A program made the translations under genes and the position numbers. 64,000 nt of DNA from Thermodesulfovibrionales bacterium. Lineage in GTDB: Bacteria > Nitrospirota > Thermodesulfovibrionia > Thermodesulfovibrionales > SM23-35. Positions 50,294 to 60,549 of this stretch are shown piece by piece. Below the pieces are notes generated by a model. It worked only from the letters and a program-made list of their open reading frames with translations, searched no databases and was not told the origin of the DNA. Position 1 is the first letter of the stretch. Every line of letters begins with the position of its first letter. The stretch is taken from assembly GCA_963715195.1 (NCBI GenBank), contig CAVQRT010000002.1, positions 224,001 through 288,000 on the forward strand. Direction: 5' to 3'.

Positions 50294-51109
50294 CTAATGC
50301 CCCACGATAATCTTCTCAATGTGTTCGATCTGTTGTCCCAGAAAGTGCTCTCCGACTTTCACAAATCTCTCAGGGGAGTCGGTCACATAATATTCCCTGA
50401 AAGAAGGACTTTTCCTGTCCCGTTTCATCCCCAGTTTTTCAAGAATGATTCTGATTTCCTGAGAAATCTCTATCGCTGAGTCAATGAGCCGGACCCCCGC
50501 TCCCATCTCTTCGGCAATCACGTTTTTCAACAGGGGATAGTGGGTACAGCCGAGGACGACCGTATCAATATTCCTGTTTTGCAGGCCCGAAAGATACTTT
50601 TCCGCAACCATAGCCGCAATGTGTCCTTCTGTCCATCCTTCTTCAACGAGAGGTACAAATAAAGGACACGCGAGACCGACAACCTCGATGCTTTCATCTA
50701 GGGCCTGTATGGCTCTTGCGTATGCACTGCTATTTATGGTCGCTTCTGTCCCTATCACACCAATCTTTTTGCTCTTTGTAGCCGCAACAGCAGCCTTTGC
50801 CCCCGGTTCTATCACCCCCACAACAGGGATGGAAACCCTGCTTTTGACTGCACCGAGGCCCACTGATGATGCGGTATTACAGGCAACGACAAGTATTTTG
50901 ATATCTTTGAATGATAAAAATTTCGTATTTTCGAAAGAATAGCGGATAACGGTTTCGGGTGAGCGAATCCCGTAAGGGACCCGCGCAGTATCTCCGAGAT
51001 AAATGGTGTTCTCATCCGGCAGCACCCTCAAGATTTCTTTCAGAACGGTGAGTCCACCGATACCGGAATCAAAAATGCCGATTGGCCGGTTCCTGATATC
51101 ATTGCTCAT
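50294..51109 (-). CDS. murI: Glutamate racemase
   Basis: FDSGIGGL, ACNTAS, GCTHYP. Confidence 0.97.
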   Translation of the reverse strand: MSNDIRNRPIGIFDSGIGGLTVLKEILRVLPDENTIYLGDTARVPYGIRSPETVIRYSFENTKFLSFKDIKILVVACNTASSVGLGAVKSRVSIPVVGVIEPGAKAAVAATKSKKIGVIGTEATINSSAYARAIQALDESIEVVGLACPLFVPLVEEGWTEGHIAAMVAEKYLSGLQNRNIDTVVLGCTHYPLLKNVIAEEMGAGVRLIDSAIEISQEIRIILEKLGMKRDRKSPSFREYYVTDSPERFVKVGEHFLGQQIEHIEKIIVGH

Positions 51110-51665
51110 ACGAAATCATATCCTTTAATGGGTAGAGGAGAAAGAGATGTCCACCCAGCGTCTCAACTTCCTGCCCCTCGATAAGGACTTTTACATCGCG
51201 TAAGTCTTGCACATTGGAAATCAGACTTTCGTATAAACCTTTCAGCAGGAGGAATTCTGCAAAAGCGTCGCCCTGGAAATTTCTCCTGAACTCATCGGAA
51301 AGGTCAAGGTAAAGCACTCCGTCTGTTCCTTCATAGGCACCGAGAAGTCTTGCTCCTGCTGGCAAGTATTGTATTCCCGGTGGTGTAGCAGCAGGCCCTT
51401 TGAGATATTGATCAACAGTAGCTTCAGCAATAGCGGTCGATCCCCTTTCCCTCGGGGCCTTTCTTTCTTCCATCCGGAGTTGAACCCCCACGGGATAATA
51501 CACCCTCAGCGACAACAGGTCCTCACCCTGTGGAGTTGTTGCTGATTTTTCCGGGGCAGCTTTTTCCTGAGAACCCATTTTTGAAAAATAAAGATAACCG
51601 GCGGTAACACCTCCGGTGAAAAGGAGCACGAGGAGAATGATTCCTGATGTCTTCTTAATATTCAT
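51099..51665 (-). CDS. GerMN domain protein
   Basis: N-terminal TM, L.GP, YLDLS, V.VLIEG..VETL.GH; amidase-GerMN-murI-rph synteny. Confidence 0.8.
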   Translation of the reverse strand: MNIKKTSGIILLVLLFTGGVTAGYLYFSKMGSQEKAAPEKSATTPQGEDLLSLRVYYPVGVQLRMEERKAPRERGSTAIAEATVDQYLKGPAATPPGIQYLPAGARLLGAYEGTDGVLYLDLSDEFRRNFQGDAFAEFLLLKGLYESLISNVQDLRDVKVLIEGQEVETLGGHLFLLYPLKDMISYEQ

Positions 51666-51697
51666 AGAGCAATTTTTCAGCTGATGAACATGGATTT

Positions 51698-52654
51698 TCA
51701 AAGGCCATATACTGTTATTCCGTTGATGATTGCCTGAATCAGTCTCGTCTTCATTCCCTGATCGTATGAGACAATTCTGGGGGATGGATATTCGAGGAAA
51801 ACAGAAGGTGCGCTGACAGAATGAAGAAGAGGAAGTGGCATCCTCCTGCGGATAACCTCGTCCTTGAACTCATCCTTAATCGCCTTTTCGATGCTGTCCG
51901 ACAACATCTTGCTTCTGCCGGCGTATGTTTTCTGGCTTGAAGCAACACGATAGTCATCTGAGCCTTGTTCATCAAAAAGGGGGTCATAAAGAACAAAATT
52001 CCCTGACATTGAAGCGTGCAGGCTGATGAAGATATCCGGTGTCTTCTGATTCACGAATTGAATTCTGTCAAAAATCGAGACATACAGATCTGCCCTGCGG
52101 ATGAGAAAAACTTTTTTGCCTTTGCTCTTTAACGTTGTCCCCAACTCTCTTGCAAGCGCCAGATTGATATCTTTTTCGTTCAGACTGCCATAGCTCAGTC
52201 CAAAGTCATAGCCACCGTGCCCGGCATCAATCACAATTTTGCCTGTGCGGGCTGCGGGAGGTTGTTGGCCGGGTAGCATATCTGTCTGATTCCCATCTTG
52301 AGATTCCTTTCCATGGATATCTATGACGAGTCTTGCAGGAGCAGAAAGCCTGAAGAACTTAATCTCACTTTTTTCCTGAAGGTTTATCACCACCATCTTT
52401 TCTGAGGGTATGATTTCAAAAGGCAGCTGTTTCCTGGACCTCAGATCAAAGGGCTCCGGGAATTCCATCCTGATCTGCGATGATGATGTCGTAACCTTGA
52501 TTTTGTTAATGAAGACTTCCTCGCCCTCGAATACAATGCGAAGCACGCCACCCTCTTTATTGAATTTAAGCAGTACCGACTTCTTTTTCTGAGCGGCAAG
52601 TGGAGCTGCAAGAAGCAATGATATGGCTATGAGAAGAGCAAGTATCCTATTCAT
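51698..52654 (-). CDS. N-acetylmuramoyl-L-alanine amidase (Amidase_3, AMIN-like N-terminus)
   Basis: Signal peptide, PARLVID, IDAGHGG.D.G, EK..NL, FISLH. Confidence 0.85.
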   Translation of the reverse strand: MNRILALLIAISLLLAAPLAAQKKKSVLLKFNKEGGVLRIVFEGEEVFINKIKVTTSSSQIRMEFPEPFDLRSRKQLPFEIIPSEKMVVINLQEKSEIKFFRLSAPARLVIDIHGKESQDGNQTDMLPGQQPPAARTGKIVIDAGHGGYDFGLSYGSLNEKDINLALARELGTTLKSKGKKVFLIRRADLYVSIFDRIQFVNQKTPDIFISLHASMSGNFVLYDPLFDEQGSDDYRVASSQKTYAGRSKMLSDSIEKAIKDEFKDEVIRRRMPLPLLHSVSAPSVFLEYPSPRIVSYDQGMKTRLIQAIINGITVYGL

Positions 52655-52872
52655 AAACAAAAAAACTCCTTATCCCCTTTCATATACAGGTACTCGATTA
52701 TAATATCAGAAAAAGCCGGCAAGAACAGAATCTTTTACCTGAATCAGGCGGGAGACAACAGGGAAGAAATTTCGAGCCGATCCTCTGATTCAGCCCCATC
52801 ATTTGGCATCGATTCCTATTTGAGGCAACGGGATGGGTAGTTCCGACTTCTCAAACGGCAAGCAGCATCGCA

Positions 52873-53667
52873 TTACCAGTTGTTATCCCGGACATAGCCG
52901 TATTCAACAAGCATATGACCGGCGAGGTCTTTGACAGTCTTCTTTTCTTCACCGGTCATTCTTTTCCACCTGCCTCTCCCGTCAAAGAGGGGTTGATTAA
53001 TTTGCCAATTGCGGTGTTGGCGATGGTATGCTTCATGCGCTGCCGGGGGTTTTGCGATCTCATCGGAATAGTAACGCCTTGGAGTCTTGTGATACTCCCG
53101 CATAGCCGGCTCGAAATCAACCCCCAGAAAAGCCAGAAGAGAATGCATTGAGGAGTCAAAATCCTCTATAAGGCTTTCGTATCGCATTACATGCACATTA
53201 GGGTGTTCCCAGAACTGCCGCCCCGCTTCGTTGTCGTCCATCCAGCGCCTTATCCCGTCTTCAATCGAGCCTGTACGATCCTGTATGGAGCACGCAACGT
53301 CACGGCCGTCTCTGATCATCAGGATGATTTTCGATTCAGGCCTGATGTCCAGAAATTTCTTGATACAGTATATATGTCTCGGGGTTTTTTCTAACCACCC
53401 TGATTTACCCGCACGAACTGCGGTCATGTCAAATAGCCAGAGGTGCAGTCTCATTTTCCATGGCTTGCGGAATCCTACGGAGGTTTCGGTAGGGACAGCA
53501 TACAATTGGGAATGTGTTCCCAGTATTGCCAAAAGGAGAGATGTCCCGCTGTGTCCGCATCCTACAATAAAAGCAGGAGGATACGTGAGTTTTTTCCCCC
53601 TCACCAGTCTGCTGAAAAGATATCCATGTGCGACTTTGAGAATGCTTAGAAGAGTATTGCATTTCAT
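52873..53667 (-). CDS. Sulfotransferase family protein
   Basis: FIVGCGHSGTSLL, EKTP, IRDGRDVACS, RYESL. Confidence 0.85.
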   Translation of the reverse strand: MKCNTLLSILKVAHGYLFSRLVRGKKLTYPPAFIVGCGHSGTSLLLAILGTHSQLYAVPTETSVGFRKPWKMRLHLWLFDMTAVRAGKSGWLEKTPRHIYCIKKFLDIRPESKIILMIRDGRDVACSIQDRTGSIEDGIRRWMDDNEAGRQFWEHPNVHVMRYESLIEDFDSSMHSLLAFLGVDFEPAMREYHKTPRRYYSDEIAKPPAAHEAYHRQHRNWQINQPLFDGRGRWKRMTGEEKKTVKDLAGHMLVEYGYVRDNNW

Positions 53668-53736
53668 GGTGGTTTTTTACATCGAGCATACAGCAGAGAC
53701 CGGAGCTTTTCTCCTCAATAGTATCCCAATACATTC

Positions 53737-54087
53737 TGGTGGAGGCGGCGGGAATTGAACCCGCGTCCGAAAGTACTACTCTCAGGCTTCTACATGTGTA
53801 TCCTGCCTATTGATTTTCGAACCCCGGGCTGCCGGCAGGACGGCGTCCCGAAATTCCATCCTCTTGTTTCTCGCCCCGTAGTCAGAGGAATATCTCCGGA
53901 ACCAGCCTGCTTGCTGACGCTGTCTCCTGAAGCACAGGCAACTTCAGGGCAGCGTGCTGCTTAGTTAATTAAGCAGCAAGTGCCAGTTCGTTGTTGGCGT
54001 TTGTGTTTGTTTCCGTCTTTTTTCGTGGTGACGGAGCCACGACATGCAACCTGATCCTCGTAACCCCCGTCGAGCCCTTTCGCCCCC
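53737..54087 (-). ncRNA. ssrA: tmRNA; tag peptide ANNELALAA* at 53998-53969
   Basis: 5' GGGGGCG...CTCGAC, 3' GGTTCAATTCCCGCCGCCTCCACCA with G-U acceptor pair, next to smpB. Confidence 0.96.
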
Positions 54088-54099
54088 CTTCCCTACATA

Positions 54100-54176
54100 C
54101 AGTAGATGGTCTGTAGTAGGTAGTATTTAGAGTAAAATTCTATCAATTTATACTATCTGCTATTTACTACCTACTT
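54100..54176. repeat. Heptamer repeat element with inverted arms between smpB and ssrA
   Basis: CAGTAGA TGGTCTG TAGTAGG TAGTATT ... TCTGCTA TTTACTA CCTACTT. Confidence 0.7.
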
Positions 54177-54620
54177 TCTTCTTGTTTTTATGGCTTTTTC
54201 GATTTCTCTTCTTGCTTCTCTCTCTTTTATTGTATCCCTTTTTTCAAAAAATTTCTTGCCCCGTGCAAGTCCGATTTCAACTTTCGCAAAGGAACCTTTG
54301 AAATATAGCTTCAGCGGGATCAGGGTATATCCCTTTGCTTCTATTTTCCCGCGCAATCTGTCTATCTCTTTCCGGTGCAGAAGGAGCTTTCTTGTTCTCA
54401 GCGGTTCATGATTCATGATATTGCCGTGGCTGTATGGACTGATATGACAGTTCAGGAGATATGCTTCTCCCCCTTTGACGATCACATAACTGTCCTTCAG
54501 ATTAGCCCTGCCATCTCTCAGAGATTTCACCTCTGTACCAGACAGGGCAATCCCTGCCTCCAGAGTATCTTCGATATGGTAATCATGGTATGCTTTCCTA
54601 TTCTGCGAGATAATCTTCAT
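54171..54620 (-). CDS. smpB: SsrA-binding protein
   Basis: [31 protein letters not shown]. Confidence 0.97.
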   Translation of the reverse strand: MKIISQNRKAYHDYHIEDTLEAGIALSGTEVKSLRDGRANLKDSYVIVKGGEAYLLNCHISPYSHGNIMNHEPLRTRKLLLHRKEIDRLRGKIEAKGYTLIPLKLYFKGSFAKVEIGLARGKKFFEKRDTIKEREARREIEKAIKTRRK

Positions 54621-54710
54621 CCGAAACCTTCCACAGTTCAAAAAGTTCGGTTATTGGTGCATAGCTGTTTAGTGCTTGTTCCCTGATGAATTCTAAGTGC
54701 TGTTTGGTTC

Positions 54711-54785
54711 TCATTCCGGCTTGGCCGGAATCGTTCCGCTAGTTTCTAGGAAAGATTCCCGACGCGCTTCACTTGCGGGAATGAC
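54711..54785. repeat. REP-like nested palindrome (GTCATT...AATGAC family)
   Basis: TCATTCCGGCTTGGCCGGAATC...GGAAAGATTCCCGACGCGCTTCACTTGCGGGAATGAC; similar to 25568-25625. Confidence 0.8.
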
Positions 54786-54827
54786 GGTCTTCTGAATGTT
54801 TTTAGTATCTCATGGAAAAACACATTA

Positions 54828-56129
54828 TTATCCCCTGCCCACGCCAACGTACTGGAAACCCTTGTCTCTCAATTTCTGCGGGTCGTAGACGTTCCGCAAA
54901 TCAAAAAAATAATTCCCTTTCATGAGGTTCGCAAGTCTGTCGAATTCAAGATTTCTGAATTGATTCCACTCTGTCATAATCACGACTGCATCAGCGCCTT
55001 TGACGGTATCATAGGAATCTCTGCAGTACTTTACATTGGGGCACACCTTCGCCGCCTCTTCCATCGAAACCGGATCATATGCCCTGATATTTGCCTTTTC
55101 TTTCAGGAGCGCATGGATGATCGAGATCGACGGGGCGTCACGGATGTCATCGGTATTCGGCTTAAAGGAAAGACCAAGGATAGCGACCGTCTTGCCCTTG
55201 AGCACACCCATTGCACTCATGATTTTCTGAACCATACGTTTTCTCTGCTTTTCGTTGGCCCGCACTGCAGCGCCAATGACACTCAGCTCGATGCCATGCT
55301 CTTCTGCTATCCTGATGAGTGCATTGGTGTCCTTGGGGAGACATGACCCACCGTACCCAGGTCCTGGATGGAGAAATTTCGACCCGATCCGCTGATCCAG
55401 TCCCATCCCTTTCGCAACCGTATGGACATCTGCACCGACTCTTTCGCAAAGCGTTGCCATCTCGTTGATGAATGAGATTTTTGTTGCGAGAAAGGAGTTT
55501 GAGGCATATTTGATCATTTCTGCCGTCTCGACATTGGTAATGACGAATGGCGTCTCGATAAGATAGAGAGGTTTATACAGGTCCCTCATGATTGCAACCG
55601 CCTGGGCACTCTTTGCACCGATGACAACTCTGTTGGGCCTCATGAAATCCTCAAGAGCAGAACCTTCCCGCAAGAACTCTGGGTTTGAAACAATATCAAA
55701 GTCGATCTTTCCATTCAGGTTTCGTGAAATAATGTCTTGTATCTTTTCGCCTGTTCCTACAGGCACCGTGCTTTTTGTAACGATCACTTTATAGCCATCC
55801 ATAGCCTTTGCGATTGCCGTTGCAACATCTTCAACATATTTGAGATCAGCTGATCCGTCTCCTCTCCGGGGAGTACCGACAGCAATAAATATGACCAGGG
55901 ACGACTCGACCGCTTTTTCTACCTTTTTTGTGAATTGAAGCCTTCCCTGCTTCAGATTCCTCTTGACCAGTTCACCGATGCCGGGCTCATAAAAGGGAAT
56001 TTCTCCCTTTTTTAGAAGGCGAATTTTCTTCTCATCTTTGTCAACGCAGGTAACAAACAATCCAAATTCCGCAAAGCAGGCTCCCGTCACCAGTCCAACG
56101 TATCCTGTTCCGATGATTCCTATATGCAT
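54828..56129 (-). CDS. ugd: UDP-glucose 6-dehydrogenase
   Basis: GTGYVG, KSTVPVG, NPEFLREG, GYGGSCLPKD, FKPNTDD.R. Confidence 0.93.
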   Translation of the reverse strand: MHIGIIGTGYVGLVTGACFAEFGLFVTCVDKDEKKIRLLKKGEIPFYEPGIGELVKRNLKQGRLQFTKKVEKAVESSLVIFIAVGTPRRGDGSADLKYVEDVATAIAKAMDGYKVIVTKSTVPVGTGEKIQDIISRNLNGKIDFDIVSNPEFLREGSALEDFMRPNRVVIGAKSAQAVAIMRDLYKPLYLIETPFVITNVETAEMIKYASNSFLATKISFINEMATLCERVGADVHTVAKGMGLDQRIGSKFLHPGPGYGGSCLPKDTNALIRIAEEHGIELSVIGAAVRANEKQRKRMVQKIMSAMGVLKGKTVAILGLSFKPNTDDIRDAPSISIIHALLKEKANIRAYDPVSMEEAAKVCPNVKYCRDSYDTVKGADAVVIMTEWNQFRNLEFDRLANLMKGNYFFDLRNVYDPQKLRDKGFQYVGVGRG

Positions 56130-56287
56130 GAGTCCTCCGTAGAGTTATTCGAAAAATGATTTCGCATATTATAATCTATTTTTGAGCCGGCAAGAGTCTG
56201 TATACCACATTCCATATAAAATCTAACATGTTCTGATAGCAATCTTATTCTCTCAGAGATTATACTTATGCGTTTAGAGGAAGCTTC

Positions 56288-58732
56288 ATGAGGGAATCTA
56301 ATCAAAGAATATATTTGTTTCTTATCGGGGGTTTATGCCTTTATGGGTTCACACTTCCTCTTTCGAAGAGCATCAGCACCATCGTCATGGCGGCGGTCTA
56401 CGCAGCAACGCTCGGCATCTTCGGTATGAATACACAGTTCAGGATCAAAATCATGGGATCGTTGCGGCAACCCCTGAATCTCCCCATGGGTTTGTATGTT
56501 GGTGTTCTGTGCACGGGGGTGCTTTTTTCACAAGACTTGAGGGAGGGGATCTCTGTAGTCAAACAGGCGGCTAATCTTTTTTTAGTATATCTGATGGTTG
56601 CCGTGTTACTTGACGCAGAGAAAGAAAATGAAAAAAGGGCCCTTTATGCCCACAACATCCTTTTTTCATTCCTGGCGGGCATCATGGTCCTCGACCTTGC
56701 CGGCCTGCTCACGTACGGAGGTATCATCGGCAACGAACAATACATCCTGCCGGTTAGGCCCTTCAACATGCATCATATATGGTTCGGCAACCTGAGTGCA
56801 CTCGGCCTCTTCGGAGCTGTTTTGCTGCTGCTTTTTCCGCCTTCTCCCATGAAGCCGCTGCAAACCGGGGCACTCTGTCTGATCATTCCCGCTACTTTCG
56901 CGTCCATGGTGCTCTCCATGTCGAGGACTGCATGGCTGGGAGCTCTCTGTTCCGGCATGGTATTGTTCTATTTTCTGGCAAACAAAAAAAGGACCTTTTT
57001 CTTTGCATCGGTATTTCTTCTGGCCTGTTGCATTGCAATCTATTTCGTGAGTGAGATAGTCCAGGCACGAGTAGATCAGATATATACCGATATCTCACTG
57101 TTTCTCGCAGGAAACCCCGATACCTCCCTTGGAGCAAGATTTACGATGTGGAAAGCTTCCATATCAATGTTTCTCACAAACCCTCTGTTTGGCGTCGGGA
57201 CAGGTGACTATAAAGCTATGGTTTCACTGTTCGTCGCTTCCGGTCAGTACCCCAGTATCTTAGGAAAGTTTAACCAGCCGCATAACATGTATCTTTTTGC
57301 TCTTGCTACAAACGGTATAATAGGTTTTTCTGCCCTGCTGTTTATCTTTTATGTAGTTCTGAGTCACGCCAAACATCTCACTTATGCCCCGAAGGGAAAG
57401 AAAATCTTTGGTCTGCTTGGACTATCTGTGGCAGTACATTATCTGGTCGCAGGCATGACGGAATCTCTCCTGAATATTCACCTTTTGCTCTGTGTGTTTG
57501 CACTGCTGACGGGAATTACGGTGAGGATGCAAAAAAATAAGGCGACCGTTAGCACTGCAAAGGACAGAAACGAGAACCCAGGGGGAGAAGTTTCCAGAGG
57601 AGATGCCTGTACCGGCTTCCACCGAGTCAATATTCTCCATGTAATCGTTTCGCTCCCTGTGGGGGGCGTTGAAAATACGATCATACGGATCATAAAGGGA
57701 TATCAACCGGAAAAATATTATCCCATAATCTGCTGCATACGGGAGAGCGGTTTTCTGGCGCAATCACTGATTAAGAAGGGATATGAAGTTATTGTTTTGA
57801 ACCGGATGAAGTCACGCCGTTTCGATTTCATGGCAATTAAAGACCTGTATAACCTTATCAGGTCGAAACGTATAACGATTGTGCGCACTCATCAATATCA
57901 TGCCAATCTCTATGGTCGCATTGCAGCCATCATGGCAAATGTTCCTTGCATTGTCGCTTCTGTGCATAATATTTACACAAGGGACAGAAAGCTGCACCGG
58001 AGAATGATGAATTACATCCTCTCAAAATGCACGGACAGAATAGTTGCGGTTTCGCAAGCCGTTAAGGATGACATCATGAAATATGACAAAATCAGCGGCG
58101 ATAAAATAGTGGTTATTTATAATGGTATTCCGCTCAATGAATTCGACTCCTCTCTTTCCTCAAAAAGAGCAAGAGAAATTATGAACTTTCCCCCAAAAAT
58201 TACGCTCATAGGTTCTGTGGGAAGATTGGTTGAACAAAAAGGGCACCGATACCTGATAGAGGCTGCTCAGAACATGAAAGATTGTTGCATCGTTATCGCT
58301 GGAGATGGTCCCATAAGGAAAGATTTGGAAGCACATTCAGCAAGACTGAACGTAAACGCAATTTTTTTAGGATCCATCGAGCCAAAGACTGTTCCGGTAT
58401 TTCTGAGGGCGATTGATATTTTCTGCTTTCCATCGGTATGGGAAGGGTTCGGAATTGCGCTTGTGGAAGCAATGTCCTCCGGGCTACCGATTGTTGCATC
58501 CGATATTCCGCCTCACAGAGAGGTTATGGCTGACGCAGGCGTATACGTTTCACCCCAAGATGCGGGGCAATTGAGGCAGAGCCTTACCATCGTCATTCAG
58601 GACTTGGCTCTGCGGGAATCGCTATCTCGGAGAGCCCGGAAGAGGGCTCACATTTTTTCTATCGAGCATACAACAGCGTCATATGCAGCGCTCTATGATG
58701 ACATTTTGATAAGAAAAGCAGGTGCTTCGTGA
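56288..58732 (+). CDS. O-antigen ligase (WaaL-like) fused to a GT4 glycosyltransferase
   Basis: N-half multi-TM with SRTAW, R..MW, GVGTGD, PHNMY; C-half GGVE, VGRL..QKG, EGFG...VEAM. Confidence 0.75.
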   Translation: MRESNQRIYLFLIGGLCLYGFTLPLSKSISTIVMAAVYAATLGIFGMNTQFRIKIMGSLRQPLNLPMGLYVGVLCTGVLFSQDLREGISVVKQAANLFLVYLMVAVLLDAEKENEKRALYAHNILFSFLAGIMVLDLAGLLTYGGIIGNEQYILPVRPFNMHHIWFGNLSALGLFGAVLLLLFPPSPMKPLQTGALCLIIPATFASMVLSMSRTAWLGALCSGMVLFYFLANKKRTFFFASVFLLACCIAIYFVSEIVQARVDQIYTDISLFLAGNPDTSLGARFTMWKASISMFLTNPLFGVGTGDYKAMVSLFVASGQYPSILGKFNQPHNMYLFALATNGIIGFSALLFIFYVVLSHAKHLTYAPKGKKIFGLLGLSVAVHYLVAGMTESLLNIHLLLCVFALLTGITVRMQKNKATVSTAKDRNENPGGEVSRGDACTGFHRVNILHVIVSLPVGGVENTIIRIIKGYQPEKYYPIICCIRESGFLAQSLIKKGYEVIVLNRMKSRRFDFMAIKDLYNLIRSKRITIVRTHQYHANLYGRIAAIMANVPCIVASVHNIYTRDRKLHRRMMNYILSKCTDRIVAVSQAVKDDIMKYDKISGDKIVVIYNGIPLNEFDSSLSSKRAREIMNFPPKITLIGSVGRLVEQKGHRYLIEAAQNMKDCCIVIAGDGPIRKDLEAHSARLNVNAIFLGSIEPKTVPVFLRAIDIFCFPSVWEGFGIALVEAMSSGLPIVASDIPPHREVMADAGVYVSPQDAGQLRQSLTIVIQDLALRESLSRRARKRAHIFSIEHTTASYAALYDDILIRKAGAS

Positions 58733-58827
58733 GAGTATTCAGAATGAGCAGGCTCTCTTCATCATGTACAACGCTTCCGCGATACCGTGAACAGGCTATA
58801 GATAAAGGATTCGGTTCCAAATAAAAA

Positions 58828-60549
58828 ATGAATACAGCCGGGCACAAGGTACCTTGGGCAATAACAAGCAAACGTTTACTGTATAACAAGCCGTCAGACA
58901 TGCTGAATGTTTTGTTCATTCTGTGCTTCACGGTGATTATTTATGTGCCTTTCCTTGGGCTACCCTCATGGGACGGCCACGAACCTATGCGGGTGATCGT
59001 TTCGGGTTACATGTTAAAAACAGGCAATTGGATAATTCCTATGCTCCACGGGAAGCTGTATCTCCTGAAGCCACCTCTCATGAACTGGCTCATTGCAGCA
59101 AGTGGCATCCTCTTCGGGACCATCAATGAGTGGACATCACGGTTACCCTCTGTGTTTATCGTGGCAATCACGGGATTATCAATATACGTGATGACCGGCA
59201 AATGGCTTAGTAGGAAAGGCAGGCTTTTTGCTGCTGTCGCAACGCTCAGCATGATCGGGCTCATTGAAAAAGGCAGGGAAGCGGATATGGACAGCCTGTT
59301 CGTTTTCTCTGTCGTACTGATATTATTGGTCTGGATAAATGGGTACACGAGAAAGTGGAAACCGTCTTTGCTCTGGAGCAGTTCTCTTCTGCTGTTATCA
59401 ATTGGATTTTTGGCAAAGGGGCCACAGGTTCTCGCATTCTTTTACCTCACTGTTTTCGCCTACCTGCTGCTGAGAAAAGACATATCATTCTTCTTTTCAA
59501 AAGCCCATCTCTTCGGTATCTTTTTTTTCGCGCTGGTTCTCGCGGGTTACCTGTCATTCGTCCTGGAATGGGTAACCTTCAACGAATACATGAAGATGTG
59601 GATTGATCAGATAACCCAGAGGGGCGAAAGCAGGTATTCTTACGCATTCATAAGGCATCTTATTTCATATCCTTTCGAAGCTATTTTCTCCTTCATGCCA
59701 TGGACGGTTCTCATCGTCCCGATCCTTTTCTATAGGGATTCCCGGAAAGAAGCAAGAGAGGTATTGACGAACGAAATCTTCTTCTTCGCCCTTGTGATGG
59801 TAATTGTTAATTTCCCCTTGTACTGGCTGCTGAAAACAGCGCGATTTAGGTATTTCCTGCCTGCCGGACCTTTTATCGCTATCGGAATTGCAGCGCTTTA
59901 CGACAAATATTTAGACGGAATCAGAGAAAATCGAAACACTACCGTTTTTTTAAAACGGTTCTTGGTACTCTTGTCCTGGTTGGTGATTATTGCTGTATTT
60001 ACCCTCATGCCTTTAATCCTTGTGCTGAAGTTTTCATTCTCTCCGTCTTTACTTGTTTTGATGGGATCGCTTGCATTTGCTGCCTTTTTTGTCCTTCACA
60101 AAATAAACTCCCTCAAGTTAATGGGGATGTCTGTCTGCATAGCTTTCTTTTCCGGACTCTGTTTTCTTACCTATACCTATCTCGATATACAACACGACTT
60201 GCAGAAAGATTATAACGCCAAAACCATTGCATACCAAATAAATGCACTATTGCCTCACGACGTTAACACGGTATATGAGATGGGATATAGGCGGCTGCTC
60301 GAAATTACCTGTTATCTGGGAAAAGAGGTCATCCAACTGGATAATTTTTCCCAACTAAAATCTCTCAGTGATAAGGAGGGGAAGATTTATTTTATCTTTG
60401 ATACCGCTTTTTTAAGGACAGGGAATGCAGTTGACAGAAATACATTTTTACAGGAGATCCCATGGAAAAAAGTTTTTTCCTTCTCTGTAAAAAAAGGGGA
60501 GAAAGAAATAGTGATTGGATATCTGGTGAAAAAAACTGATGAACGCTAA
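58828..60549 (+). CDS. ArnT/GT39-83 family membrane glycosyltransferase
   Basis: E..R......ML..GNWIIP.L.G..YL.KPPL.NW, SRLPS, LAKGP, RYFLP. Confidence 0.85.
   Translation: MNTAGHKVPWAITSKRLLYNKPSDMLNVLFILCFTVIIYVPFLGLPSWDGHEPMRVIVSGYMLKTGNWIIPMLHGKLYLLKPPLMNWLIAASGILFGTINEWTSRLPSVFIVAITGLSIYVMTGKWLSRKGRLFAAVATLSMIGLIEKGREADMDSLFVFSVVLILLVWINGYTRKWKPSLLWSSSLLLLSIGFLAKGPQVLAFFYLTVFAYLLLRKDISFFFSKAHLFGIFFFALVLAGYLSFVLEWVTFNEYMKMWIDQITQRGESRYSYAFIRHLISYPFEAIFSFMPWTVLIVPILFYRDSRKEAREVLTNEIFFFALVMVIVNFPLYWLLKTARFRYFLPAGPFIAIGIAALYDKYLDGIRENRNTTVFLKRFLVLLSWLVIIAVFTLMPLILVLKFSFSPSLLVLMGSLAFAAFFVLHKINSLKLMGMSVCIAFFSGLCFLTYTYLDIQHDLQKDYNAKTIAYQINALLPHDVNTVYEMGYRRLLEITCYLGKEVIQLDNFSQLKSLSDKEGKIYFIFDTAFLRTGNAVDRNTFLQEIPWKKVFSFSVKKGEKEIVIGYLVKKTDER

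Noticed and set aside
52660..52872. attR copy of the tmRNA 3' end bounding an island
   Set aside because: No duplicate of the CCTCCACCA end found.
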